From positions 398,784 to 462,783 of the forward strand of contig CAWINF010000003.1 of the NCBI GenBank assembly GCA_963837495.1: DNA of 64,000 bases, in the 5' to 3' direction. This DNA is from an uncultured Acidobacteriota bacterium (lineage in GTDB: Bacteria; Acidobacteriota; Thermoanaerobaculia; UBA5066; Gp7-AA6). Under the pieces are notes generated by a model. That model was not told the DNA's origin. It saw nothing but the letters and a program-made list of their open reading frames with translations, and made no database searches. This document shows, piece by piece, positions 27,168 through 40,522 of this stretch. The position numbers were made by a program, and so were the translations under genes. How positions within the stretch are numbered: the first letter of the stretch is position 1; each line of letters opens with the position of its first letter.

Positions 27168-27328
27168 TTGTCATCCTGAGTGAAGCGAAGGATCTGCTCC
27201 GGCTCTGGCGTCAGAGCGGATCCCTCGTCGCTTCGCTCGCGCCGTCGCCATAGCGGCCTTCCGCCTTCGCCGGAGAGCCGTAGCCGCTTCGGCGGAGGCT
27301 CTGGCGCGTCGGCGACCTCGGGATGACA
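27168..27328. mobile_element. MITE-like element copy 1 (TIR TTGTCATCCTGAG / CTCGGGATGACA), 161 bp.
   Basis: Shares termini and internal modules (GCGAAGGATCTGC, GGCTCTGGCGCGTCGGCGAC, CGCTTCGCTCGCGCCGTCGCCATAGCGGC) with the copies at 39478 and 63286. It sits exactly between the ABC ATPase stop and the permease start. Confidence 0.75.
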
Positions 27329-27346
27329 GGATGGAGTGGAGCACAC

Positions 27347-28372
27347 CTAGTCCCGCAGGCTCCGCCCCGTGTGGTGGAGGAAGAGGTTCTCGAGCGACGG
27401 CTCGGAAATGTGGACGTCGGAAATGTCGGCGCCGGCCTGCGTGGCTGCGGCGACGGCGGGCGGCACCAGCGGGCCGCCGCGGTCGGCGTAGAGGTCGGCT
27501 CCGTTCTCGCCGATGGGGCGCACCTCTGTGACACCCGGGAGGCGCGCGAGCGTCTCGAGCAGCTGCGGGGAGCGCGGATGGAACTGCAGGCGGATGACGA
27601 AGCCGCCGGGGATCGAGCTTTTCAGCTCCGCCGGCGTGCCGAGCGCGATGATCCGGCCGTGGTCCACGATGGCGACTCGCCGGCACAGTTCGTCCGCCTC
27701 CTCCATGTTGTGCGTGGTCAGGACGATCGTCCGGCCCCGAGCGTTGTACTCGCGCACGATCTCCCAGAGGAGAAGCCGCGTCTGAGGATCGAGTCCCGCC
27801 GAGGGCTCGTCCAGGAAGAGAACCTCCGGGTCGTGCATCATGGCGCGCGCGATCGAGAGCCGCTGCATCGTTCCTCCCGAGAGGACCCGCGGGAGCTGAT
27901 CGGCGCGCTCGGTCAATTGAAACCGCGCCAGCAGCTCCTCGGCGCGGCGCGACCGCTCCGCCGCAGGCAGCCGGAAATAGGCGCCGTGAAAGGTCAGGAT
28001 CTCCCGGACGGTCAGCGAGAAGTCCAGGTTCGGCCGCTGCGGAACGACACCGATCAAAGGCTTGACCGCGACCGGCCGCTGCCAGACGTCGTGGTCGCCG
28101 ATCCAGGCGCGTCCTCCGGTCGGACGGATCCGCGTGGTCAGGATGCCGACCGTCGTGGACTTGCCGGCGCCGTTGGGCCCCAGGAGCCCGAAGATCTCCC
28201 CGGGCCGGACCTCGAGCGTGAGGCCGGCCAGGGCCGTGATCTCGATCTTCTCCTTCTTTCCCTTCGAGCGCGCCGGCGCCCGCGAGAGCGAGAAGGCCCC
28301 GGCCATCGTCGCCGCCGGTGGGGCGGACGTGTAGACCTTGCGCAGGTCCTCGGTCCGAATCGACAGCGGCAC
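27347..28372 (-). CDS. ABC transporter ATP-binding protein (ABC-2/DrrA-like).
   Basis: Walker A GPNGAGKST, signature LSGGTMQRLSIA and Walker B LFLDEP, plus a C-terminal accessory domain. Confidence 0.85.
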   Translation of the reverse strand: MPLSIRTEDLRKVYTSAPPAATMAGAFSLSRAPARSKGKKEKIEITALAGLTLEVRPGEIFGLLGPNGAGKSTTVGILTTRIRPTGGRAWIGDHDVWQRPVAVKPLIGVVPQRPNLDFSLTVREILTFHGAYFRLPAAERSRRAEELLARFQLTERADQLPRVLSGGTMQRLSIARAMMHDPEVLFLDEPSAGLDPQTRLLLWEIVREYNARGRTIVLTTHNMEEADELCRRVAIVDHGRIIALGTPAELKSSIPGGFVIRLQFHPRSPQLLETLARLPGVTEVRPIGENGADLYADRGGPLVPPAVAAATQAGADISDVHISEPSLENLFLHHTGRSLRD

Positions 28373-28415
28373 GGAATCGTAAGATATATCGGGTGGCCAG
28401 GGCCGGGCTTCCCGG

Positions 28416-29745
28416 TCAAAGACTCGCGTTCTTCACCACATCCCCGACCGAGACCCCGCCGCGGTAGTTGCCGAGAAAAGTCAGGCCGGGCCAGCGCGCT
28501 TCGGCCCGCGCCAGGGTTTCCATGCGCCCGACGTGACCGGCCACGTACTGGGGGATCGAACGCGAATACCGCGTGATGGAAACACAGCGCGGCTGCTCCC
28601 GCGCTTCCAGCGCCGCGGCCGTGTCCCTTGCCGCAATCGCCGTCAGCTCCTGATCAGACAGCGCCGCGGCCTCCGGATCGCGCGCGCCGCCGAGGAAGAC
28701 GGTGACCAGCGCCTGGCCGTCGGGAGAACGGCCGGAGAAGAGACTGGAGCTCCAGACCGCTCCAAGAATCCGGCGGGCCTCCTGCGGGACGACGAGATGG
28801 CCGAATCCCTGAAGCGGGCGGGTAAGCGCCGCCAGCGGAATTCTGACGTGGACCACCGCGAGAAACGGATGAGGGATCCCCCCGAGCGCGTCCGCCGCGT
28901 CCGGGGCGAAGGGACGCACGAGGCGCTTCGCCTCCCACGCCGGCGCCGCGAGGACCACCCTGTCGGCCCGGCGTTCGCCTCGCGATGTGGCGAGCCTCCA
29001 TCCGCCCTCGCCTCGCGGCGAAAGCTCCTCGACGCGCGTGGCCGTCTCGATCCGGCCTCCCAGGCTCGCGGCGAGAGAGCGGGGGAGGGTCTCGAGCCCC
29101 TCGCGGAAGGAGAGGAGGCCGCGCGGGAGGGTGCGGTCTCGCGGCGTCTTCTTGCGTTCGGCGAGAGCCCCGCGCAGGATGCTGCCGTGCTCGCGGTCCC
29201 AGCGGGCCAGGCTCGGGAAGGCCGCCGCGATCGAGACCTCGCGGGAGGAGCCGGCGAATATGCCCCCGACGAACGGCTCGACGAATCGGTCGGCGATCTC
29301 TTCCCCGAGACGGCGCGTGAAGAAGGCATGCACGCTCTCTTCGGCGTCCGCGCCCCGGCGCGCGAAAGGCTCGGCGAAGAGACGCAGTTTCCCCCGCGCG
29401 GAGAGAAGCGGAGTCCGCGCGAGGCTTCCCGGACCCATGGGCAGAGCGCGAAGCTTTCCTTTCCATTCCACGTACCGGGGCAGCCGCGGGTCGGCGAGCA
29501 GGGCTTCGTCACGCAGACCCAGCTCTCCGACGAGGTTCCAGAGTTCGGTCGTCGGGCGGACGGTATTGGGACCGAGCTCCAGAAGGAACCCGTCCTTGAT
29601 CTCGGTGCGGACGGCCCCGCCCGCGCGGGCGGACGTCTCCAGCAGCAGCACGTCTTCTCCTCGCCGCTGCAGCGCCCGGGCGCGCACCAGCCCCGACATC
29701 CCGGCGCCGACGACGATCGTGCTGGCCGAGCTCATGCGCTCCAGA
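28416..29745 (-). CDS. hemY: Protoporphyrinogen/coproporphyrinogen oxidase, FAD-dependent HemY type.
   Basis: Start at MSSASTIVVGAGMSGL (dinucleotide-binding motif). The listed ORF is N-terminally over-extended. Confidence 0.85.
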
Positions 29746-30715
29746 AATCCCTTTGCGCAAGGATGATGTCCTCGAGCGCCCGCAGGAACGTGGGGCGGCT
29801 GTTCAGTCCAGCGGTCCTGCGGAAGTGGGCGATCCCGACCCTCTTCGCCTCTTCGCCGAAGAGCTGATCGATTTCGTAGAGAGTCTCGACGTGATCCGTC
29901 ACGAAGGCGATGGGGACCGCCAGGACCTGCTTTTCGCCTTTTCGCCCGAGCTCGCCGAGGACATCGAGCGTGGCCGGGCCCAGCCACTCGATGGGGCCCA
30001 GCTTGGACTGATAAGCCAGAGTCCAGGGACTCTCTCCGCCCGCCTTCTCGTGGATCGCCCGCACGCTCGCCTCGATCTCCTTCTGGTAGGGATCGCCTTC
30101 CCGCGTCACGAGCTTCCTCGGAATCGAGTGCGCCGAAAAGAGCAGGCGCACGGCCTCGGGGCGCGGGTCGGGAAACCTGGCGATCTCCTCGCGGATCGCC
30201 TCGGCGTGAGCCTCGACGAAGAGGGGATGCGTCGGCCAGGAGCCGACCTCGAAGACCCGCGCTTCGGGGGCGTATCGCCGCACCGCTTCCCGGGCACGCT
30301 CGAGCGCTCCCTTGGTGGTCGTCAACGAGTAATGGGGGTAGAGGGGCAGCGAGAGGAATCGCCGCACTCCGGCGGCGGCGAGCTCCGCGACGACATCCTC
30401 GACAAGCGGCGAAGAGCAGTTCATCGCGGCACGAGCGATCGCTTCCTTTCCGCGCTGGCGCAGGGACTGCTCGACACCGAGGGCCTGTTCCTCGGTGAGT
30501 CTCCGTATCGGAGATCCTCCACCGATCGAGGCGTAGAGCTTCCGCGACGTGCTCGTTCGCGTTATCGCGATGGCGGCGGCAATCCCTTTTCTCAGAATCG
30601 CGGGGCGGACCCGAATGACGTCGGGATCCGAGAAGAGCCGGTAAAGAAAGCGGGGAACCTCGTCAAGATTCTCCGGGCCGCCCAGCTGCAGGAACAGGAT
30701 CGCCCGGTCCGTCAT
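29732..30715 (-). CDS. hemH: Ferrochelatase.
   Basis: ILFLQLGGPE, the HxxPxxxxE region and conserved HSIP are present. 14-nt overlap with the hemY start. Confidence 0.9.
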   Translation of the reverse strand: MTDRAILFLQLGGPENLDEVPRFLYRLFSDPDVIRVRPAILRKGIAAAIAITRTSTSRKLYASIGGGSPIRRLTEEQALGVEQSLRQRGKEAIARAAMNCSSPLVEDVVAELAAAGVRRFLSLPLYPHYSLTTTKGALERAREAVRRYAPEARVFEVGSWPTHPLFVEAHAEAIREEIARFPDPRPEAVRLLFSAHSIPRKLVTREGDPYQKEIEASVRAIHEKAGGESPWTLAYQSKLGPIEWLGPATLDVLGELGRKGEKQVLAVPIAFVTDHVETLYEIDQLFGEEAKRVGIAHFRRTAGLNSRPTFLRALEDIILAQRDFWSA

Positions 30716-30721
30716 GAGATG

Positions 30722-30749
30722 AGCCGTGAGGCGTGAGGCGTGAGGCGTG
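30722..30749. repeat. Heptamer tandem repeat (GTGAGGC)x4 with a partly complementary GCCTGAC x2 stretch downstream.
   Basis: Direct reading of gccgtgaggcgtgaggcgtgaggcgtgaggcg ... cacgcctgacgcctgacgg in the hemN-hemH intergenic spacer. Confidence 0.8.
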
Positions 30750-30807
30750 AGGCGAAGCAGCGGTTGAATGTCCTGGTGGCCACGCCTGACGCCTGACGGT
30801 TGACGGC

Positions 30808-32190
30808 TCAGAGCGTCCGGGAGAAGACCGGCTTCTCCGGGGCCGCGGCGAGATAGGCGTCGAACGGCATCGCGAGGTTGCGCAGGAAGACGCGCCCCAC
30901 CGTCGTCGCCCGGATCTCGTCCTTCCCGAGGACGACCAGGCCGTCGGCGGCCGCAGGTCCGAGTTTCTCCAGAGCGCCGGCGAAATACTCGTCGAACCGG
31001 ATCCCGTACGCCGCCTCGATCTCGGACTTGACGATCACGCCGTGGCAGAGGAGGTTCTGGATCACGGTCCGGCGCAGCAGGTCGTCTTCCGAAAGCCGGA
31101 ACCCTCGGAACGTGGCCGCGCCGTGAGCCGCGACGTCCCGCTGGTACGGGCCGAGGTCCCGGCGGCTCTGGACGTAGGTGCGCCCGATCCCGCCGATCGC
31201 GCTCATCCCGAAGCCGATCAGGTCCGTCCCGGCCTTCGTCGTGTAGCCCTGGAAGTTCCGGTGGAGGGTCCTGTCCGTCCGCGCCCGCGCAAGCTCGTCG
31301 GTGGGCCGGGCGAAGTGATCCATGCCGATGTACTCGAAGCCGGCCCGCGTGAAGCGCTCGAGCGCCGTGCGGAAGATCTCGAACTTCGTGCGCTCGTCGG
31401 GCAGATGCGGCTGCAGCACGCTCTGGTGCTTCTTCATCCAGGGGACGTTGGCGTAGGAATAGACGGCCAGGCGGTCCGGGCCGATCACGAGGACCTTGTC
31501 GATCGTCTCGGAGAAGCTCTCGGCCGTCTGAAATGGCAGTCCGAAGATCAAGTCCATGTTGACGCTGGGGAAGCCGAGGGCGCGGGCCTGTTCGATGAGC
31601 CGGCGGGTGTCGTCGTACGGCTGAACGCGGTTGACCGCGACCTGGACCCGAGGCTCGAAATCCTGCACGCCCATGGAGAGCCGGTTGAACCCGAGTCTGG
31701 CGAGCGTCAGGAGGTGTTCCCGCGTCGTGACGCGCGGATCCACCTCGACGCCCATCTCGACGTCGGGCGCGAAACGGAAACGGTCCCGGAACTTTCGCCC
31801 CAGCCGCCGGAGGCGCTCCGGCGTGAAGTAGGTCGGAGTCCCCCCGCCCAGATGAAACTGGGTGACCGGCCGGTCCGCTCCGACCCGGTCGGCGACCCAG
31901 TCGATCTCCTTCTCGAGGACGTCGAGGTACGACTCCTCGAGCGCGTGCTGCGTGCCCGTGATGACGACGGTGCAGCCGCAGAAGTAGCAGAGCTTTTCGC
32001 AGAAGGGCAGGTGCACGTAGAGCGAGAGCGGCGCGGGTCTCTGCGCGGCCGAGCTATCTTCCAGCACCCGTGAGTAGTCGGAGGGAGTGAAGTCCTCCGT
32101 CCACACCGGCGCCGTCGGGTACGACGTGTACCGCGGCCCCGGCACGTTGTACCGATGGAGCAACTCCAGAGAGACTTCGCTGACGTTCAA
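30808..32190 (-). CDS. hemN: Oxygen-independent coproporphyrinogen III oxidase (radical SAM).
   Basis: LYVHLPFCEKLCYFCGC and the N-terminal HRYNVPGPRYTSYPTA motif. Putative TTG start overlaps the hemE stop (TTGA). The listed ORF is over-extended. Confidence 0.8.
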   Translation of the reverse strand: MNVSEVSLELLHRYNVPGPRYTSYPTAPVWTEDFTPSDYSRVLEDSSAAQRPAPLSLYVHLPFCEKLCYFCGCTVVITGTQHALEESYLDVLEKEIDWVADRVGADRPVTQFHLGGGTPTYFTPERLRRLGRKFRDRFRFAPDVEMGVEVDPRVTTREHLLTLARLGFNRLSMGVQDFEPRVQVAVNRVQPYDDTRRLIEQARALGFPSVNMDLIFGLPFQTAESFSETIDKVLVIGPDRLAVYSYANVPWMKKHQSVLQPHLPDERTKFEIFRTALERFTRAGFEYIGMDHFARPTDELARARTDRTLHRNFQGYTTKAGTDLIGFGMSAIGGIGRTYVQSRRDLGPYQRDVAAHGAATFRGFRLSEDDLLRRTVIQNLLCHGVIVKSEIEAAYGIRFDEYFAGALEKLGPAAADGLVVLGKDEIRATTVGRVFLRNLAMPFDAYLAAAPEKPVFSRTL

Positions 32191-33308
32191 GCCCGCGTCT
32201 CCGCTGGCGCCGCGGCCGGCAGGACCCCGGGCTCCCGCGCCGCGTCGAAGAACGCCTGCGCGCACTCGACCGGCGTCTGCGGCAGGACGCCGTGCCCCAG
32301 GTTGACGATGTGGGCGCGGCCGCCCGTGTCGGCCACGATGTCCCGCGTTCGCTTCGCGACATCCTCCTCGGGGCCGAGCAGGGCGCCCGGGTCGAGGTTC
32401 CCCTGGAGAGAAAGACCCGGCACCCGGCGCCGCGCCTCGGAGAGGGGCACGCGCCAATCGACGGACAGGACGTCCGCCCCCGACTCGCCCATCGCCTCGA
32501 GCAGGTGGGCGCAACCGTTGACGAAGAGGATGACCGGCGGATCTTCTTCCTTCACACGAGGACCCTTTTCCTCCGGCGCTGCGGGGCGCAGACGCGGAGC
32601 ACGCCGGATTCCTCCGATCGCGCGGGCGGTCGCCGGCAAGGCCCACTCGCGATAGTCCCTGGCCGTCAGCTCACCCGCCCATGTGTCGAAGATCTGGACG
32701 GCCCGCGCTCCCGACTCGATCTGAAAGGAGAGCACCTCTCCGACGACGTCGGCAAGGAGGTTGAGCAGGCGTCGAAGAGCTCTGGGGTCCCGTCCCATCA
32801 TCTGCTTGATCGCGGCGAAGGACTTCGAGCCCCCTCCTTCGACGAGATAGGAAGCCAGGGTCCACGGCGCTCCGGCGAAACCGAGCACCGCCGCTTTCTC
32901 CCCGACCTCTCGCGAAAGTGTCGACAGGATCTGACCGGTGAAGGCGATCTCTGCGGAAGGATCGAAGCTGTGCAGGCGGTTGACGTCCTCCAGGGTCCGC
33001 ACCGGCTCGGGGAGGTCCGGCCCTCCGTCCCCGAACTCGACGCGCGCTCCCATGGCCGCCACCGGGACGAGGATGTCCGAGAAGAAGATGACGCCGTCAG
33101 GCTGGAATCGCCGGAAGGGCTGAAGGGACACCTCCGCGGCCAGCTCGGGAGTACGGCAGAGTTCCAGAAACGAGACCTTGCGGCGCACCTCCCTGTACTC
33201 CGGGAGGTAACGCCCCGCCTGCCGCATCATCCACACAGGCGGACGATCCACCGGCCGCCCGAAGGAGGCGTCCAGAAAACGCGCGGCGGAGGGGGAGGAG
33301 CGGGTCAT
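32187..33308 (-). CDS. hemE: Uroporphyrinogen decarboxylase.
   Basis: PVWMMRQAGRYLPEY N-terminal signature, with a ~25-aa Pro/Glu-rich insertion. Confidence 0.9.
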   Translation of the reverse strand: MTRSSPSAARFLDASFGRPVDRPPVWMMRQAGRYLPEYREVRRKVSFLELCRTPELAAEVSLQPFRRFQPDGVIFFSDILVPVAAMGARVEFGDGGPDLPEPVRTLEDVNRLHSFDPSAEIAFTGQILSTLSREVGEKAAVLGFAGAPWTLASYLVEGGGSKSFAAIKQMMGRDPRALRRLLNLLADVVGEVLSFQIESGARAVQIFDTWAGELTARDYREWALPATARAIGGIRRAPRLRPAAPEEKGPRVKEEDPPVILFVNGCAHLLEAMGESGADVLSVDWRVPLSEARRRVPGLSLQGNLDPGALLGPEEDVAKRTRDIVADTGGRAHIVNLGHGVLPQTPVECAQAFFDAAREPGVLPAAAPAETRA

Positions 33309-33399
33309 CGAGCCGTTTGAGCCGGAATGAGCAGTATAGCAGCCGGTGCGGGGGGTTCACTCCCCTTGTCTCGTCACGATAGTATCCGCCGAGCCTAGC

Positions 33400-35718
33400 T
33401 TGATCGGAAGAACCGTCTCCCACTACCGCGTCGAGAAACGCCTGGGCGCAGGCGGGATGGGAGAGGTCTACCTGGCTCGTGACATGGCGCTCGGTCGGGC
33501 GGCGGCGCTGAAGCTCCTCCCGCGAGACCTCGATGCTTCGCTCAAGCCCCGGCTCCTTCGAGAAGGCGAGGCCTCCGCGCGCCTGCAGCATCCCGCGATC
33601 GCGACCTTCTACGAGGCCGGAGAGTCCGAGGGAGTCGCCTTCATCGCGATGGAATACGTCTCGGGACAGACCCTGCGAGACCGCCTGAGGGACGGACCGC
33701 TGCCCGTCCGCCAGGCCGTTTCGATGGCGGCGTGGCTCCTCGAGGCGCTCGGCCACGCTCACGCCGCGGGCATCCTGCATCGCGACATCAAGCCGGAGAA
33801 CGTGATGCTGACCTCCGAGAACTCGGCGAAGCTGCTCGATTTCGGGATCGCGAAAGTGTTCGCTCTCGCCGATCCCGAAGAAGCCACGGGCACCGCGTTG
33901 ACGGGGACGGGAGAAGTCCTCGGGACGGTCGGTTACATGTCGCCCGAGCAGCTGAAGGGGCTGCCTCTGGACGCGCGGTCCGATCTCTTCTCGCTCGGCG
34001 CGATCTTCTACGAGGCGCTCTCCGGCGAGCGCGCCTACCCGGGAAAGACAGCCGGCGAGCGGATCGCCGCGATCCTGACGAGGGATCCGGCGCCCCTGCG
34101 CGGAGCGGATGTGCCGCCGGAGCTTCGAGCGGTCCTCTCGCGGGCGCTCGCCCGCGAGCCCGAGCAGCGCTATCCCTCGGCGGCCAGCTTCCTCTCCGAC
34201 TTGCGACGGGCGACCGCCGGAGAGTTCGTCGCGACTCTGCCCGACACCCTCGCCGTCATGGACTTCGAGAACCTCTCCCGAAACCCCGACGACGACTGGG
34301 TCGGGAGCGGGATCGCCGAAAGCGTCGCCGCAGAGCTGACGCGTGTGGCCGGACTCTCGGTGGTGGCGCGCGAAAAAGCGCTCAAGGTCAAGAAGACGCT
34401 CGCGGCGGCTTCGGACGCACTCGAGCTGGGACACGCGCTGGGCTGCCGCTGGATCCTTTCGGGGAGCTACCAGCGGATGGGACCGGCGCTGCGGGTGACC
34501 TCCAGGCTGACCGAGGTCGCGACCGGCCGCGTCGTCTCCTCCGAGAAGCTCGACGGAAAACTCGACGAGATCTTCCAGATGCAGGACCGCCTCGCGTCCT
34601 CCACGGCCGCCGCTCTGGACCTGGACGTTCCGGCGGCGGCTCCCGCCCGCACTCGGAATCTGGGCGCCTATGAGGCCCATGCACGGGGGAGCCGGTTCTT
34701 CCACCAGCTCGCCAAGGGCACGTTCGAGCAGGCGCGGGAGCTCTTTGAAGAGGCGATCGCCGCCGAACCGGGCCACGCTCCCGCCCTGGCGGGTCTCTCG
34801 GCGGTCCACGCGATGCGCTTCACCTTCATGACGGATCCGGCGGAGCTCGAGAAGTCCATTCACTTCGCGCGGCGCTCGATCGCCGCCGACGGGAGTCTCG
34901 GGGAGCCGCACATCTGGCTCGGCTACTCGCTCTGGCGTCAGGGAAAGCCCGAGGAGGCCTTCGAAGAAGAGCGCAAGGCGACGGAGCTCGCTCCCGCCAA
35001 TCCCTTCGGTCCGTATTTCGCGGGCTGGTGCCGGCTCTCCACCGGCCGGGCGGAGGAGGCCGTTCCGCTCTTTGCCCGCGCGGTGGAAGCGGATGCCGAG
35101 CACGGCTGGAGCTGGCTCGGCCTGGGGCTGTCGTACGTGACGCTTGGACGGTTCGCCGAAGCGCGCTGGAGCCTGGAGCAGGCCGTCGCGCTGGAGCAGA
35201 AGCACTCGCAGAGCCCGACCGCGGGGGTCGGCGGATTCCTCGGGGAGTGCCTGCGCCGGGCGGGGGAGCCGGCGGCCGCGCGCGCCAGCTGCCTCGAAGG
35301 ACTCGAAGCCGTCGAAAAATCCGACCACAAGTACCGCGATACCTTTCGCGCGGTCTGTCTCTGCGTTCTCGCGCGGGCCGCCCTTGACCAGGAAGACCTG
35401 CCGGCGGCGCGGGCCTCGTTCACCCAGGCCATCGCTCACCTGCGGGGCCGCCCCCGGGCCCTCGGGGGCGGCCACCTGCTCGTGCAGGCTCTGGCCGGAC
35501 TCTCGCGCGCCGGAGAGGGAGCCGAGCATTTCGAGGAGGCCATGCGCCTCTTCGATGGCCGCCAGGGCTTCGACTACTCGTATCTCTGGATCTGCTCCGA
35601 CGAGGAGACGCTCTCCGAGCTGTCCCGCGCCGCCACGGCCCTCGGCCGTCCCGAGCCCGGTCTTCCCGGCCCCGGTGGTGCCTGCTCTGGTCGCGGCGCG
35701 AAGAGTCTCCTGAGGTAA
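33400..35718 (+). CDS. Ser/Thr protein kinase with a C-terminal TPR-repeat domain.
   Basis: Kinase subdomains LGAGGMGEVYLA, HRDIKPEN, DFGIAK and SPEQ, then TPR-like helical repeats. Start likely TTG 33400 (listed GTG 33346). Confidence 0.8.
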   Translation: MIGRTVSHYRVEKRLGAGGMGEVYLARDMALGRAAALKLLPRDLDASLKPRLLREGEASARLQHPAIATFYEAGESEGVAFIAMEYVSGQTLRDRLRDGPLPVRQAVSMAAWLLEALGHAHAAGILHRDIKPENVMLTSENSAKLLDFGIAKVFALADPEEATGTALTGTGEVLGTVGYMSPEQLKGLPLDARSDLFSLGAIFYEALSGERAYPGKTAGERIAAILTRDPAPLRGADVPPELRAVLSRALAREPEQRYPSAASFLSDLRRATAGEFVATLPDTLAVMDFENLSRNPDDDWVGSGIAESVAAELTRVAGLSVVAREKALKVKKTLAAASDALELGHALGCRWILSGSYQRMGPALRVTSRLTEVATGRVVSSEKLDGKLDEIFQMQDRLASSTAAALDLDVPAAAPARTRNLGAYEAHARGSRFFHQLAKGTFEQARELFEEAIAAEPGHAPALAGLSAVHAMRFTFMTDPAELEKSIHFARRSIAADGSLGEPHIWLGYSLWRQGKPEEAFEEERKATELAPANPFGPYFAGWCRLSTGRAEEAVPLFARAVEADAEHGWSWLGLGLSYVTLGRFAEARWSLEQAVALEQKHSQSPTAGVGGFLGECLRRAGEPAAARASCLEGLEAVEKSDHKYRDTFRAVCLCVLARAALDQEDLPAARASFTQAIAHLRGRPRALGGGHLLVQALAGLSRAGEGAEHFEEAMRLFDGRQGFDYSYLWICSDEETLSELSRAATALGRPEPGLPGPGGACSGRGAKSLLR

Positions 35719-35768
35719 TCGAAGGAGGAGCCTCGCGCCGGCGGCAGAGCCGCGTCGCCCGCGCAGCG

Positions 35769-38630
<2,862 letters not shown>

Positions 38631-38809
38631 TGAGGCCGGGCCTGGCGCGGCGCTGCCGGGAAGAGAACGATTCTCCGCGGCGTTGTCATGGCGGTTTCCG
38701 AGTCTATGGGGCGCGCTCCGGGCAGGTCAAGATGCATGAGAGGGGCCTGAAAACGCACTCCCGAACCCCCGAGCCGTCATAGATTGGGCCGGAATTGGAG
38801 GAAAACAGG

Positions 38810-39469
38810 ATGAAAAGGAATCTCCGTCTCGTGGCGATCCTCGCCTTGCTGGCCGCGGCGGCCCTGCCTCTCCTCGGCGATACCGAGACCTTCACCTTCG
38901 ACAAGGCGCACACGCTGGTAGGCTTCCGCATCCGGCACTTCGTCTCCAAGGTGGAAGGGCGGTTCAAGGATTTCGAGGGAACGATCTGGATCGACCGCGC
39001 CAACCCGTCCGCCTCGAAGGTCGAGCTGACGATTCAGGCCGCTTCGATCGACACCGCCAGCGAAAACCGGGACAAGGACCTGCGCTCGGAGAACTTTTTC
39101 GATGCCGCGAAGTACCCGACGATCACGTTCAAGAGCACGAAGATCACGCCGAAAGGGAGCGACAGCTACGACGTGACCGGCGAGTTCACCCTGCACGGCG
39201 TCACGAAGACGATCACCGTTCCCGTCAAGCACGGGGGGTTCCTCAGCATCAAGGGGCGAAACGGCATGATCGAGAAAACAGGTTTCGAGATCAACTTCCC
39301 GCTCAACCGGAAGGACTTCGGGATTACCTGGAACCGTCCCCTCGACACGGGCGGCTTCATGCTCTCCGACGACGTGGACATCAACATCCAGGTCGAAGCC
39401 AACAAGCAGATGCCCGACCAGGAAAAGCCTCCCGCGCCCGCCGCCGCGCCGACCCCCGCGAAGGGCTGA
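38810..39469 (+). CDS. YceI-family periplasmic protein.
   Basis: RBS GGAGGA, signal peptide and YceI-like lipocalin core (FDKAHTLVGFRIRHFVSKVEGRF). Confidence 0.85.
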   Translation: MKRNLRLVAILALLAAAALPLLGDTETFTFDKAHTLVGFRIRHFVSKVEGRFKDFEGTIWIDRANPSASKVELTIQAASIDTASENRDKDLRSENFFDAAKYPTITFKSTKITPKGSDSYDVTGEFTLHGVTKTITVPVKHGGFLSIKGRNGMIEKTGFEINFPLNRKDFGITWNRPLDTGGFMLSDDVDINIQVEANKQMPDQEKPPAPAAAPTPAKG

Positions 39470-39477
39470 TCACACGA

Positions 39478-39672
39478 TTGTCATCCTGAGCGCAGCGAAG
39501 GATCTGCCCTTCACGGAGAGAGAGCAGATCCTTCGTCACTTCGCTCGCGCCGTCGCCCTAGCGGCTTTCCGCCTTCGCTGGAGAGCAGTAGCCGCGCGCC
39601 GTCGCCATAGCGGCTTTGGCGCGTCGGCGACTTCGGCGGAGGCTCTGGCGCGTCGGCGACCTCAGGATGACA
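39478..39672. mobile_element. MITE-like element copy 2 (TTGTCATCCTGAG...CTCAGGATGACA), 195 bp with an internal duplication.
   Basis: Same TIRs and internal modules as copy 1. Confidence 0.75.
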
Positions 39673-39715
39673 GGGACGGGGCCGGAGACCCGGCCTGCTA
39701 ACATTGGTCTTCCTG

Positions 39716-40522
39716 ATGGAATCGCACGTTCTCGGCTGGGTCGCCGTGGCTCTCTATCTCGGCGCCGAGGCTTACTCGATCGTCTCCCTCGTCCGGCCGC
39801 GCGTGTCCCCCCTGCCCGGCCATCTGATGGTCGGGGCGGGCCTGGCCCTTCAGTTCGCGGATCTCGAAGCCCGGGCGCGGGCCCTCCATTCGGTTCCCTA
39901 CCGCACGATCGGCGGTTCCCTCTCGCTCTTCGGCTGGATGCTGGGTCTCTCCTATCTCGCGCTCCTCTTCCGCCACCGGGAACGGGCCGTCGGGCCGTTC
40001 CTGATTCCGTTTGTGATTGCCTTCTCGGTCCTGGGTCTGTTGTTGCCGCAGCCCGGCGTGGTCGCGCGCACGGATACGCGCGGCCCCGTCTTCGCCCTGC
40101 ATGTGACCTTCGCGATCCTGGCCTACGCCGCCTTCACCTTTTCCTTCGTGCTGTCGGTCCTGTACCTGATCCAGAAGCGCCAGCTTCGCCGGGTCCAGAC
40201 GGGACTTCTCTTCGCCCGGCTGCCGGCCCTGGACGTCATCGGGAGGATGAACCGGACGAGCGTCTCGATCGGCCTGTCGGTTCTCGGTGTGTCCGTGGTG
40301 CTGGGGAGCATCTGGGCCGAGCGGGTCTGGAGCCGGCTTCCGGACGCCAAATTCGGATTCGCGATCCTGACTCTCGTCATCTACGGGTTTCTTCTCTTCA
40401 AGGACCGGCGGGGGTGGGGGGGCGAGCGCGTGGCGCTGCTCTCGATCCTCGGTTTCGCGATGATCATCTTCTCGTACACGTTCGTCAACCTCTACCTCTC
40501 GACGCAGCACGTCTTCCGATGA
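39716..40522 (+). CDS. hemX: CcsA/HemX-like cytochrome c assembly family membrane protein.
   Basis: Eight TM segments with a Trp-rich WAxxxWG-like region. Its stop overlaps the hemA start, as in the hemAX operons of Firmicutes. Confidence 0.7.
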   Translation: MESHVLGWVAVALYLGAEAYSIVSLVRPRVSPLPGHLMVGAGLALQFADLEARARALHSVPYRTIGGSLSLFGWMLGLSYLALLFRHRERAVGPFLIPFVIAFSVLGLLLPQPGVVARTDTRGPVFALHVTFAILAYAAFTFSFVLSVLYLIQKRQLRRVQTGLLFARLPALDVIGRMNRTSVSIGLSVLGVSVVLGSIWAERVWSRLPDAKFGFAILTLVIYGFLLFKDRRGWGGERVALLSILGFAMIIFSYTFVNLYLSTQHVFR

